A stretch of 55,238 nt of DNA, filler included, from Sphacelaria rigidula (lineage: Eukaryota): the NCBI GenBank assembly GCA_964200075.2. It is 4 parts of 4 records of this genome, joined end to end, with 100 filler letters (N's around TTAATTAATTAA, not from the genome) between each part and the next. Parts side by side here need not be neighbours in the genome. Positions count along the whole stretch, not along the records: positions 27,672 to 41,406 come from CAXNAA020002698.1; positions 41,507 to 55,238 come from CAXNAA020002699.1; 2 more parts are not named here. The stretch is one strand, 5' to 3'. The notes below the pieces were generated by a model. That model made no database searches and was not told the DNA's origin. It saw nothing but the letters and a program-made list of their open reading frames with translations. Of this stretch, positions 38,818 through 52,397 are shown one piece after another. The position numbers were made by a program, and so were the translations under genes. Numbering within the stretch: the stretch's first letter is position 1; the number at the start of each line of letters is the position of its first letter.

Positions 38818-39161
38818 GTTGTGTGTCATCCCATCTATTCTGGACGCCAGCCTACACCTTTCGGTATATGCCGGCGCATCTGCCAGGGTCACACAGGAGG
38901 GAGGCCAAAATAGGAATTGTTTTTTAGTACCACGCCTTCCTTTTGCGGGGCTTGCCTAATTTTTCATCGCGATAGGGGTTCAGCTGTCCCTTTCCCTCGT
39001 CAACCGTGAGGTCGAGTTTTGTGCATCCACGACATAGTCGCTCTCCACTGTTGGGAATGGTGAGAGAAAGAATGCCAGATCGTGTGACTTAACCGACATT
39101 CGAACCCTCGACCCAGCCGTCAGAAGGTTTCCAAGTTACCAGCTGAGCCACCGGGGCGACC
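38818..39161 (-). mobile_element. tRNA-derived SINE, copy 4
   Basis: Minus strand GGTCGCCCCGGTGGCTCAGCTGG...GGTTCGAAT, with shared body and tail. Confidence 0.85.
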
Positions 39162-40524
39162 GGCTCGTGTATAGCTAGTACTGTAAGTACACCGTCCTCG
39201 CTAGTACACTGTGGCGGCTGGAGGGCAAAGTACAATCCGCACCCCACACAGAAAGAGTTGAGAAAACATTCTGAAGACCAGGTCAACCGGGGGGTTGAGT
39301 TGTATCCCATATCCCACATTCACCACGAAAGACCTATCGACACCGCGTTTTTGGTCCAGCTGTATTTTACTTGAGAGGGTATTCTCGGAACCTCGGAGCC
39401 AACCGAATCGGAAAAGTGGACTGGACTCCTCTCGATGGAGTGATGCAACGTGTTCGACGGATGTGATGGTGATATTCCCTGTTTGGGGGCCAAAAACCGT
39501 GTTGAACGTCCCGAAACTCGAAAATCGTTGTTTTCTTCACATTTAAAACCGATCCGATATCTGCGCAGTAATTTGTACTGGGCATATGATGCGGCGCATT
39601 TCGTGGTCACACACTCACTACCCCAAAATAGGGGAAAGAACATCAAAAAATAAATCGGACTAAGGGTCTGTGTGGCGGAGACTTTCGGACACAAAGCCCC
39701 CTTCCCCCCCCTCTCCCGCAGGGATGATTTTTTTTATTTGCCATGTTTTTGTTTTCGTTAATATTGTTGAAGAAGGCGATCAAGAAACACTGAAAAACAC
39801 CGAAGAGTCCGGTGGGCTTTGCGAGTTCGTATATTTGCTTCTGCTCCTTGCCCGCTCTGTCCCGATGACCTTGGGTGCCGCCCACGCTCACCGACTACTA
39901 TATGACATCATGTATGCACACGAGCGCACGGTAGCGGCAGCCTACAGCCAGAGCAGCAACTTTATCTCACGCCTCGCCAAACTTTCCCGGACTAACGGTA
40001 GGTACCCGAGGCACAGGACACGGAACATGATCCCACAAACGTTAACATGGTAAGTAATAAGCTTGGGGGGGCGGCGTGTTCGCCATCTCATTGGTCTCCA
40101 TGCCAAGAATCTCTTTACACCGCAGCTGACTGCATTCACCGACGTCTCGGCAATCAACTGGGGGGGGAGCAGGCTGGGTGTCCGCCCCCCTCCCGCCCCC
40201 ACCCGTCACTAACTCAATTTTTTAATTTTTCGATGGGGCCCACGTGTCCAGAAATCTTTTTTGGCAGACTCTTGATCGGACCCAGAAAAATCCACATACA
40301 CGCGATATAGAAATAATGAATAAATAATAACAATAATAATGACTAGTGGTGAGCCACGGCTGACGCACGTGGCAGCACCGCCGCAGGTACCAACGCCGCG
40401 GTTCTCGCACCCGTGGTGGTTTTAAACAAAATTCCGAAAAGCGAAAAAGGCGGTTACCACAAGAAATAACTACAAAGTATAAGCAAATAAGGACTTCCAG
40501 CCCCACGGCTAACATGGTGACCGT

Positions 40525-40870
40525 TACACACGCGGCCATTTGGCTACCCCCCATAATTCCTCCAGGGCGGTCAACTTTTCGAGCCTCCAAAGGAATTGAA
40601 AACCTCCGGAGGGGTGCGCGGCTCTTAGAGGAGTATTTTCTTGTTTCCTCCAGAGGGATTGAACGCCTTCGGAGGCTTGTTCTTCCCTCCGAAGCGCCGC
40701 GCATCCCTCCGGAGACATTCTGCTACCCACAAACTTCTCCGGAGGGGTGCGCGGCCCTCCGGGGCGGTAGTGTTTAGCTTCCTCCAGAGAGATTGAAGGC
40801 CCCCGGACGCTTGTTTTGCCTCTAGAGGGTCGCGCATCCCTCCGGAGGCATTTTGAGGGGTAGCCAAATG
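40525..40870 (-). repeat. Dispersed repeat family D, copy 2
   Basis: Reverse-complement homology to 18935-19190, with a different number of subrepeats. Confidence 0.7.
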
Positions 40871-41406
40871 TCCGCGTGTGTAGGGGTGCTGAACGCGGGG
40901 GGAATGCTAGCCTCTGAAAAGTGTCCGGGCTGTTCGGCGACATTTTACTAACCATCGCCCATTTTCCTTCGTTTTTTGGGATACACTTGATTTTAGGCTG
41001 CATCCTTGACGTGGAGAAATCGTGCGCTAATGTAACGTTTTTTTCTATTTAGACGCCACACGCCACACGCCACATGCACTTTCACACCACTGAGACATTC
41101 CGAGGTTGATCCTTATTTTCAAGTACTTTTCAAGCCGACCCTCAAAACCTGCCGAAGAACCAGGACATTGTCCGACTTTTCCCGTCAGGCGCGGGACGTG
41201 CCCTGGAAAGGGTTAACCCGGTGGGTGCATTCAGGTTCGAAGCACACAACGCAAAAAATAGTGAACACGCTCCGGCCTTGTAGTTGGTGTGAAAATAATA
41301 TCAGGAGTCCACGGTTAGGACGAATCATCACGACTACGATTAGCCAAATCCACGATTTCTTCGGCCTGATTGCCCAAAAGGGGGGGGGAAAGTTGACCAC
41401 TGGTCC

Positions 41407-41506
41407 NNNNNNNNNNNNNNNNNNNNNNNNNNNNNNNNNNNNNNNNNNNNTTAATTAATTAANNNNNNNNNNNNNNNNNNNNNNNNNNNNNNNNNNNNNN
41501 NNNNNN
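41407..41506. other. Assembly gap with artificial linker
   Basis: N-TTAATTAATTAA-N. Confidence 0.95.
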
Positions 41507-42455
41507 CCTGCATTCTCATGAGTCCCCCCCCCCCCCCCCTGCCCCGCCCCCTCATGTTCCATGACCATCTCTGTAAATAATCTTATCACCGATCCTAACT
41601 GCAGCATCGTAAGCGTCTCCGTTCGGGAAATACAACCTGCGCCGTATAGTCGAGCACGCTTATGGAGCGGAGGAGGTATTAGCTTATGATTACAAAATAT
41701 ACTCCATCCAGTCACCGCCGAAGACCACATAAATAGGATCGCCAGACAACCTGCAAGTATTGCCCACTCGATATCTTATATTATCATGCAGAACCAAGGC
41801 AAAGGCACCTGCCTACAGTGCGTAAGCCGATTGTGATCAGTTTTCTGCCTTATAACTAACTGCTTCTATGCCCTCCTGCAGGTTCAATTTACTGTTGCTA
41901 GTATTACCGCAGTCGTGTACAAAACTTTCTCAACTCCACAGATGAGAGTAAAAAAATACACACGCCCCCTGCGAAATAGATACTTCGGCGTCACAGATGG
42001 TCTTTGCCCGCCATACTGTCGTGAAGGCTCTCGATGGAGATGAAAGCTACTGGGAATAGCTGGTTGCAAGACGGCCTCAACGCCTTGGAAATATTTTTTT
42101 CGCGGTCGCGTCCAGCAGAAAAAAATAACAACTGAACTCCCCAAAATCAGGTTCCGCGTGCGCACGAGGACGCTGGCACGAACAGCGACAGAACGCGCCG
42201 TGGTCGTCGAATTTGGGAATACGTGTTTTCCGCGTGCAGCGCACCCAACCATTCACGTATACACGCACCGATCCACGTATCCCCTTGCCCACCCGCCACC
42301 ACACGAACATACGCATGTTGTGGTACAGGACGGCGATATTCATGTCTCCAAGTGCAGGCTGCACTTCGGACAGTCTTCCCGGAATTCATGTACACACCTA
42401 TGCAACATCCCCGACAAGGGATGGCAGAGTGAGCGAAGCCAAACAAGCCGTCCAA

Positions 42456-44822
42456 ATGCGAACCGAGCAAGCACAGAGGACGGCGGCGAAAGCACTGCGG
42501 GACAAAAATATGGCTTTGAAGAAAAAGGGAGCATATAGAACGTCCTACCAAAAGGTGAACTACACACGTTCGTACCGGAACGCTACAATACAGCGTCCTG
42601 CTCGTGATGTATATACCCCTAGAAGCCATCCGCCAGGAGAGGTAATCCGCCGCATAAACGGGGAACGGATTTTCCTCTGCCTACGGAAAGCATACTGTAG
42701 TTATACCAGACACATGATGCTTTCGCTACGGAACATGTGATCAATGCCCAAGCATGAGCCAGCCTGGCAACATTCTTCAAATTCCAACAGAGCTGCGGAG
42801 CCACAGCTCATGTTGCCCGTAAACCCACATGCAGCCAGTGATACTCCTTCACACAGGATCCGTGAGGTCCTTATCGCGGTAGAAGGGCGGGTGCAACAGA
42901 GTGAATTGGGAACAACAAGTCATGTATCTACAAATACGTATGCTCCGCGTTACGGTATGATAGCTCGAGGCGAAGATGTCTCTATATAGCTAGCTCAACC
43001 GACAATTTCAGGGTGCCGGGGCATGCATCAAAGCCTGGCCGCACCGACTGTGTCATCAATTTGGTGTTCCCGATACTTCTGACGAGAAGTTGTTGTGGAT
43101 TCTCTGGCCTCATCCTAACGGTAAAACTCCAACAATGCTTTCCTCGTGTGTATCTGTCACCGTTTGGACTGCTTCGTGCACGAAACAGGTTCTACTGCCA
43201 GTTAGAACACCTAGGCCTCGGGCATTGGAGGAGCTAGCGTGGAGAGAGGCGCTCAAAGTCAAGGCGGCAGCTATGTCGGTGAGGTATCGTGCAGCTGTTT
43301 TGCAACCGATTGTCGGTTGAGTAGACGGCAACCGTGCGATGATTCGGCGCTTGGTCTACCAGTGCCCTGCCCCAAGAAGTAAATAAGACATATTTTCAAT
43401 ATTGCCGGCGAGGTCAAACCACTCACCACCGTCATCGCCGACTGACGCGGGGAACGAACCGATAACTGTTGTAGTAAGTAGGCTGTATATTTAAAATAAG
43501 AATCGTGTACTTTCGCGAGCACGGACCCCCTTACTTTTCTTCTTTCGTTGTACTCGTTGCTACTAATAGCCGATTTGGAAGTGCTTTCCGGCAAAAAGAG
43601 ACCCCCCCAGCAGAGAATACGAGTCGCTGGGGATATTTTTCTCCATGCCATCGTGCCAAACCCGCATGCGGACTCATCTGATCCCAATCATATGTAAATT
43701 CAGACACCTCGTGCTCCGTGTATCTGGTATATACCAGTGCTTTTTTCAAAAGAATCGAGTACCGGATATGTCTCCACAAGTACGAATCCAGTGCGCGAGT
43801 GCTGAAAATCGACGAGCAGCCAGAACCAACTATGAGGAAGTCAGAGTTTCTCAGGTGACTCGATTTCAATCTAGGTCATTGTCACTCTGATCGTACCCAC
43901 GTTCGTGGCCATTTGATCCGTAAAAGATGAGAGAATGTGTGGATACATAAAGTAGTTCTCCACAAGCCTTGTAAAAATATCGTGAGAAGAATTTTCACGT
44001 GATACTAGTTTCAACATTCTCCCTTTTTCCTTCAAGAAAATACATGTCCACATGAAAGAGTACTTGCAAAATTAGACGTAAAAATCGATTAAAAAAGAAT
44101 ACGACGATTCTCTCACAGGCGAGCCCCCGCGCGAAGCTACAACCAGCTTCAAAACGATTGGGACGAGGAGGAGGAGGAGGAGGAGGAAGAGTGGGAGCTT
44201 CAAGGAATGAAGCACCCAAATACGCAACAGAGCACCAGTTTCTGGGCGTCCGTATGTCGAGGGATGACTTCCACAAACCATTCGCAGGCGGGACCGAGCT
44301 GGATGCGATGCCGGGGAAGGTTGAATCTTTGGTATTCCCGGAAAGGTATGCTGATCATTTTCGTACTCTGAGAGAGTTTTCCGCGAACGCGATATCATCC
44401 TGTGAGTCTCGCCGTTTTGACCCCATGAGTACGATTGGTACGGGCACCTCCTGGAATGGTCGGGGTGCTCAAGAGTTAATGGTTTGAAGTCAGCCTCCGT
44501 ATGCGATCGGAGCAATCACGTAACATGGAAACGTGTGGGCGTTTCCGCAGGAGTGCGGAAAAATGATGCTACGCCATTCCATCTGAATGTATACGGTTTC
44601 GTCTCAGGTACATGAGTTTGCCAGGCGACGAGGTTTTCCCAACTTTAGCGCGGGATGTGGCGACCTCACCGGTACGCCACGCTGCAACGTTCCGATCTGC
44701 ACAGGTGAGCTACTCCGATAGTTCCAAAAACGAGTGATGTGCGGTGCTAGACTGATACTGCCAGTATTTTACTCTACATCGAAGTGTCTCCCTACTACGA
44801 GAGCTGAATAAAGTGGATGCCC

Positions 44823-44866
<44 letters not shown>

Positions 44867-47800
44867 GCTGCTGTTTAAAGTCGGTCGTTGTCATGCGGTG
44901 CATTTCTCGCAAAATATTTCAATGCCGACATCGAGCACTGTTGCATGGTACGATCCTATGCCGATACCTTTGTACCGCTCTACGTTATACCGCTGGTGGT
45001 CTTCAAATCCGCATTTCGCTCGGCACACGTGAATCACCCAGAACAGGTTTTCGCATGCACGTGTTTTTCTCTTCTGCGCGCTACTACCTGTGCCCCTTCT
45101 GCATCGAGATCGTTGATTGACACACGATATCTCGCACTCATCTGCAAATACGCAGCCGCGCATCGTGATAGACGACTCTCAGAGGGAGACTCGCGGATGG
45201 GCCGGCCCTGGAGCGTACGAATGGGACGACTCGATATCACCCACAACGATGGGCGACAAGGGCAACAGCGATGACATCAGCAGGTGAAGCCCGCAGACAA
45301 CTAGACTAATCGGGCACAACCCTGAAGTAGCCGGATAGGTAAAGGATGCAGCCGTACGATCACTGGTATCTCCGATTTTCTTCAGAACGGGCGAACACGA
45401 CAAGGAGAAAAAAAGAGACAAGCGAAAAGCGTGAAACCGGATGGAGAAGACATCTCACGTGAATGAACAATTCCTTCTGTTTTCAGAGGTCTTCAATCAT
45501 TGAATAGCTGCTAATTTTATCCACATAATGAATTACACCAGACCTGACTACGGCTCACCGCCTGGGGGAACCGGAATCCTGCGACCGAGGGGAATAGTGG
45601 TACGAGATCCTTCCCGGGAATCTGCATTTTTCAGACCAGGATCCCGAGGTTTCATTGCCCCGTGTCAGCCTAACGTGCGGGAATATTCGCCAGTACCCGC
45701 GAGAGTACACGTCGGGGTGGACGGCGGAGAGCAGCAAGAAGAAGCGAGCGAGAGCGGGCAGCAGACAGGCTCACCCAGCCAAAAACATGCCAGGGGTGGG
45801 AATTGCCGTCGGAAAAGACCTCGCAGGGTGAGGGTCATGACGGTGATGCCAATGACGGGCAAAGCAAAAGAGCAGTTCAAAGGCTGAGGTGCAGATTACG
45901 CAATGACTGCTTCAGTTCCCAGCCATTGTCGTAGTTCACCGCGCTTCGTCGGCCTTATACAAAATGAATTTTTGGGAGAGATGCAAGCAATTGCTGGTCA
46001 AGATTCCCACGATAAGATGAAGATGGACGTTGAACATGTACACAGTCAGCGTCGTGCATCCCATGAAGGTTTTCGTCGTGCAGACGGCCAAATGCACGGA
46101 CAAGAAAATGATGCACCGAAGCACCGGCATTCCCCTGTGGCGTTATCGGTGCACGTTTTGTTCTGCGACGAACATAAGCACCACTTGTATATGCCGCCGG
46201 AGACACGGCACATCGCGAAATAGAACATTCATTCGTGTTGAGCCTACACAGCCGGTAGATGTACTAATCCGCACCGTGGTATGGCTCCCGTTCCCACAAA
46301 AGTGCCGTGTTGCCGACAGACCTACGTTTTCTATTTAGGTAGATTGAGACTAAGACGACTTTCACGTTTCAGAGACGCAGAATTCCATCTGAGACGACAA
46401 GCCTGGAGCAAAATCTTACCCCAAACTCTTCTCTCTCCTGGACACTGGTCGTCATCTGCCGTTATTTAAGCTTTGGATGTTCCAGCCTGCGGGCAAACAG
46501 TACGTACCCGCAATCGCCACCAAGGGGTGGGGTGGCCCTGGTGCATATAACATCGAGGGCAATTCGACCGGGAAAGTGAGGGATGCCGGGAAACTCTCGC
46601 GAGCCTTCCGGGAGGGTTCCGGAAGGCGCGGGCCTTCCAGGCCGGAGAGAAATGTGGTTGCGTTTCCAGAGAGACCATGTGCAGGTATGCCTGTGGCGGT
46701 AGTTTCGTAACGCTGGGTTCGATCTTGATCACCTGCGCTTGATCCGACTTGAAATGAAAACAAATCCTATCTTTCTTTGCAATTTGCCGTGTATCTACGG
46801 TGGGTAGGTGCCATGATATAACGGTTGCTTCGTTTTTTTTTGTATCTGACAGGGTCGGCGCACAGCGAAGGGGAAAAAACAAACTCGGAGACGCCGAAAC
46901 ACTGCGCGGACTGGGCGTTTTCTACGGTAGTCTTTGAGCCGCCAGAGCCGAAGGTGAGTGGAAGGCAAAACACACATAAAAGGACGGAACGATGAAGTAT
47001 CGCCTTTGATGGTGAAAATAATCCGCTATTGACATGAGGACACCGTTGTTCACGACTTCTCGCACAAAACTACAGGCGCCACTACACCACTAGTCGCCTG
47101 AAGCACCGCGCATCCGGAGTAAATTTCTCGATGTCCGTGACTTATCACCTGTCACATGGAAGTTGGCTGCAGAGCTCAATAACCACCCACAAGAGTCTTA
47201 TAGATAGTTTGGACTTGTACCTTTTCCATGCTGTCTCTCTCGAACGCGAAAGGATCCCCCGCCCCCCCTTCCCCCTTACCCCCTCTCCCCTCCCCCTGCT
47301 CACCTGCTTTTGCTCGAATCGAAATCTTCACGAGGAGCAAACAGACTATTGCACACGATGCGAGAACAAACGTGGCGCGGTTTAGCCCGTGCTTTTTGTC
47401 GACGGCGGACAGATTCGAGCCTGTTGGCCCGTACGCCTACGTTGCACCAGAAAGCCCTCCGTGGAGAGGACCCGGAGACGTGGGTCGCAGCATCGCAGAC
47501 GCAGGTGAACGTCTATTTTTGTTGCCGAGCAGATTCGCACTTCCAGGAATAATCACAGTTGTTTCGTCCTCTGCTCAGTAGGGATATAAGACCTTCATTC
47601 GTAGAAGCGACGGCAGCACGTCTTAGAGGAAGACAATACATCAGGCAGTGGTGAACATTTTTTTTGTATTGGAGAGACACTCGAATATTTGCTTTCAGAG
47701 ATGATACCGGCAACTGCACGAAATGAGTACCAAATTATCCTCCTGTCATGGGGAGACTCAGGTGCCGGGAGCGGCAGATCTATCGGAGTCGGTGGGGGCG

Positions 47801-49769
47801 AGAGGAACGACGACAGTGGTGGCCGTGGGAGAGGGTATCGAGGGACTTGGGGACCGGTCGAAAGATACGACTTTGTGAGCGCCCGGAGGCAAATCCCAGC
47901 GTGTGAGTGTTTGTCAGTGTGAAGTGGGATTCCAAACCGCGAGCATGGAAAACGGTTTCCTCGTCGGAAGCCGAAACAGTTGTTGTAGGAGCGGGTTTGG
48001 GGTTTCGCTTCGCTAGAAGTTGGCACCCTTGAGACCTCATAGGAGGGGATATGAGGGCTACGAGTCAAATTTGGACAACACGTCTTTTCAGTTGCAACAC
48101 TTGAGTTTTACAATGAGCTTGCTGCCGTTGTCTGCCTGAGACGACCAGGTGCTCTTCCTGCCGGGTTCAGATTCAAGGTCAATTTGGATGGTATGACCTT
48201 TGTTTCTCTCTTAACAAGCCTTACACTACGCTCAGCCTGTATGGTTTTGATCTCCTCGTACACATTTTGCAACCGTGAAGCCCCGCCTAGTCGAAACCCG
48301 CCCGTTGCCACCCACTACCCCCGCACGCTTCTGAATCAGCGACCACGTGGCTGGGTACTTCAATCCACTCGGGTCCCCGCTCTAAACCATCTCTTGCCCA
48401 AGAACGAGCCGCTGCCAGCTCCACTATCACTACCGGGAAACCCACATTGATAAACCCCGTGCCTTCGTCAGCAGCATCACACCTCTCGTCTTCCCAAGCT
48501 CACTCACGAGACGACGAAGTCGCCCCCAACAACAATACTCTCCCATCGCAGCTCGTCAGGGGCGAGCTGATTGCGGAAGCTGCGGACATTTCGGTGCAGA
48601 ACATTGATACGACTTCTTCACCAATAGCGAGCCCTTTAGCAGATGGAGAGCCACCTGCGCCATTGTTGATACCGGAGGAAACGGGCGGCTCAGTTGGTGG
48701 TTCTCTTGAACCGTTGCCGTCGGCGACTGGAGCCACCGTCGATAAGCGATCGGCTTCGGTGCCGACCGCGGAAAGTGAGGTGACTGGACGCGTGCATGTC
48801 CCAAGTCGCATGCTCCTAGCTGCTGATGTAGCGGATGAGGCCGCTGTGGAAGCAGCAATCGCTGGACTTGCACGAGATTGGCCGGGCTGTCGGAAGAGTG
48901 GGGGGGCGGTAGTGACAGGTGCGGTGGGAGGCGAACGCGAGCGTTGGTCTTCCACGGGTATATTCGAACCATGGGTCCACAAAAACGTCCGCAGCCTTGG
49001 CGACAATAAGACTCCAGCTATTGCTTCCAGGTCTTCACCATCCGAACGGAATAGGCAGCAACGACAGCGGGTTGAAGATGAAGAAACTGTTGATTATCTG
49101 TGGCGAGGAGGAGTGAAACAAAGTCCGTCTGCCACTAGAGGAGCAAAAGGGGTTGTCCCGACAACAACCGCAATGTCAAAAGATGACTCTGATGCACGCT
49201 CGACTGCAATCTCACTGAGGGTTGATGAGCTCGACGGGCAGCGGCAGGTCGTTACTAGTGTTATCGCCCGTGCTGGCGGTGGAAGCGCAAAAAGCATACC
49301 GACGAATGGTCAAACACCCGTCAATAGGCCTCTCTCTTTGGCCACAGGCACAGATGCTTCCACGATCAGGACAACGGGGACAGGTAGTGGTGAGCCGGCG
49401 GGACGGGGACACTTCACCGGCGGTTTTAAACATCCGTTCGCGGCGGCGCCGGCAGAGGCAGCATCGGAAGAGGCGGAGGTCGTTGCGATGGGTCAATCGT
49501 GCGAAGTATTCGATCGACGGCAAACGCCCGGCGATCTTGTTGGCGGTGAAATGTTTATTCAGACAATTGGTAGAGCGATGAGGGGCCCCTGCATGTTAAC
49601 TATGTCCCCATCACGGTACGGTGGAAATTATACCACCAGCTGGAAGCCAGGTGTACATAACGGTGGGAAGAAGGGAAAATCGTCGACGAAAACAAAGGAA
49701 TCGATGTGGGACCCGGAACCCGACGGGGGTTTGCTAGGTCCCGGCGAAATTAGGGTCCTTGTTTGCTAA
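42456..49769 (+). CDS. SHIPPO/PGP-repeat (ODF3/STPG-like) protein, probably flagellar; exons 42456-42554 (tentative), 44119-44345, 44608-44704, 45156-45283, 45542-45827, 46486-~46690, ~47345-47504, long exon within 48447-49769
   Basis: Phase-consistent GT-AG chain from 44119 to 46486. Repeated GPGxY motifs (GWAGPGAYE, GWGGPGAYN, WRGPG, LLGPG). Recurring VRDPSRESAFF / VRDAGKLSRAF and SPVRHAATFRS / RFSPCFLSTADRF blocks. The 3' exon structure is uncertain. Confidence 0.65.
44824..44864. repeat. (GT)n microsatellite
   Basis: About 20 GT units, intronic. Confidence 0.95.
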
Positions 49770-52272
49770 TGTACGATACCTCGCAGAGCAAGTACGTAGA
49801 GTGGCTCCAGTCCGACAATTTTGGTCCGGATTTGTGACTACCCGGCAGCTCCAGCATATGTCGATGGCTGCACTAAGGGTCCAGAAGCCAGGGCCAGGGG
49901 ATTTCTAGTGTGTTCCGGTACGCGGTGCGTAGGTGAGCTCATTTTACTTGCAGCGAGATATGTAAGTAGAGCTCGAACAAAGGTAGAACTGTTTGTAGAT
50001 GAGCAAAATTTTTCTTCCTCATACGACGACACGAGAGAGCACCATACGAATCCTCACAAACATTCCGGCGGATTCCAGTGTCACCTAAGCAGAAACCATC
50101 ACCGTCCCGCTACAGGCGAGGCGGATAGCGGACGCACCCTCACTGACTCCCTCGACGGTGCAATCACACCATATGGTATTGGCAAGTAGCAGAATAGAGT
50201 CACAAGACTACATCGTCCATGTTTCACCGAGAAAGTGCCAGCGCCACGCCGACAGCTCAACTCCAGCGATGCCGTTCTCTCCGCACTTCTGGAGAGCGGT
50301 CGCAAAATAATCCCGTTCTCCTGTTTTTGGTCATGCGATGTACGTCCATATGCTTAGCCGCAACACGGCTTGGACTGCTTGCTGTTTTCCGCAGATGCTG
50401 CTCGTATACCCCCCCGCGTAAGCCTAATGCAGCCGGGGTCGTGATTCCTTTCCTCTATTCGTTTCGCAAACACCTCGGCACTCCTTCTGCGTCCGCGAGA
50501 AGGAGTGCAGCACAATCGAAAAGACGCCATTAATGAAAAAAGGGAGATGACGTTCCGAAAATACAATAAAAAAACAAAACGAACATCACTGTATATATAT
50601 ATATATACATATGGATAACACGATTCAGTCGATACCTCATTCGCTCGGGGAATTTCAACCATGGTCCAAAGTATTCGCTTCCAGCTTTCAGAGGGTGTCC
50701 GGTTGTTGAGCTTGTATGTACGTGGTCATTGGTGGTGTGGTTCCCGTCATGATTGCAACGGAATGGCAGAATCACCACTTGGATTCCCGAACCACCACGG
50801 AGCCTTAGCATAAATACCCACACGATCACGAGTCTGTCGAGATGAGAGGAGTTGATAACACAACGCCTTGAGAATTCCAGCACCATGCAGTCAAGATAAA
50901 GCAGTGCCCTACAGTAAATGTCACCAACCTAGCCTCGGGTCGTCGAGCTGGTCACTAGAAACGGCCCGGTCCAATGCCAAGGCAATATCAAGCCGCCAGC
51001 CCTGGTTCATTTACCATTATTCCCGCACGCGTACTACACCTTGCCACCAAGTATGCTTTTGACACTGCGATCACACGTGAACCCGCGGCCGTTGGTGCCT
51101 ACCTGCGAGCGAAGATGTCACACCTTCGATTTCCTCCTCTGTCGTAAACAATGTGTCATGAAAACGCCAAGGTCAAGTTTCGTAGGGATTGCCGATATTG
51201 TACCATACACCCCAGCGCTCGTCGTACGTACGCGAACGAATGCAGCAATAAGATAAGCAATGAAAACATAGCAGAAACTGCCTCGTCACGTACCTCATCC
51301 CGGGGCCAAAAAGCTCCTCGCAGCAAAGGATATTCTGGATAAGCCAAGCTGTAGATACTTCAAACTCGGAATTGTTCGCGTCCTTGGCCGAAACGTCGCT
51401 CCTGAGTTCAAGCAACGTTACACACATCGATTCAGTCGACGTAGTCTTGAGCGTGGCAAATCAGTCAATTATCATTATGTCGAGGTTATGCAGTAGTAGT
51501 GCCTGGAGAACTGGTTGCACATGCAACCGAGCAAGCTGTGGAAAAATTGGAAGCGTGTGTAATGTTGACAGTTTGCTTGCAGATGTCCGGGTCGCGGGGG
51601 AAATATTTGTACATAGTTCGATCCATGATTGTCTATAGCTCCTCAAATTTCAGTGCAGGTTGTTCAGTAGCCACTCAGTCCCCCATAGACACCGAAAACA
51701 CCCTCCTGTGCCGTTGGTTAAAATATATACCTATGTGGAAGACTTCTCTTTGCAGTGACATATCAGAGACTGATGCCACACATGTATGAAGAGCCAGCGC
51801 ATGCAGGTACTAGGTAGGAACGGTACGAAAAGACCAGATTACCGAGGACCCTGTAATACCAACCATACTAGACAACTTGGGGTGATGCCAGGAGGAGCCC
51901 GGTATCAGGACGGACCAACACCCCCCGAGGAACTGGTCGCCCCCTGGCGACCACTTCTCGTCTGCCTCAACTTCTTGCCCACATATCACAAGAGGAAATC
52001 ATCGCCAGCCTCGGAGTTCCTTCGGTATCAGGATGACATCTCTCAAGATAGACTCCTCCTTAGTTTGTCTGGCCTAGCGATACGCCTTCCTCACATTGGC
52101 GACACCAGAGAATAAGTCAGGCAAGACAGGCCGTAGAAGTAAAAATCCCTTGAACGAGAACCGACTGCTCCCCGACACCGGAAACGCTAGGGTCCCCCAA
52201 GGAACGTTATTCCAGGTGGAACGTATGGGTCATGTGCATAATTATACGAGTTAAGATGCATCTGTTTAGGTC

Positions 52273-52397
52273 AACGCGAAATTAGCCCCTTCAGTGTGCA
52301 TCATATGTCACCCACATGGCTAATCAAACAGCGAAACGCGAAATTAGTCTCGTCAGCGTGCGCTATATGTCACCAGAATGGCTAATCAAACAGCGAA
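52273..52397. repeat. Two-copy ~62-bp tandem duplication
   Basis: AACGCGAAATTAG...ATGGCTAATCAAACAGCGAA occurs twice. Confidence 0.85.

Noticed and set aside
48500..49006. Minus-strand ORFs overlapping the 440-aa plus ORF
   Set aside because: GC-rich antisense shadows. The plus frame carries the motifs shared with the upstream exons.
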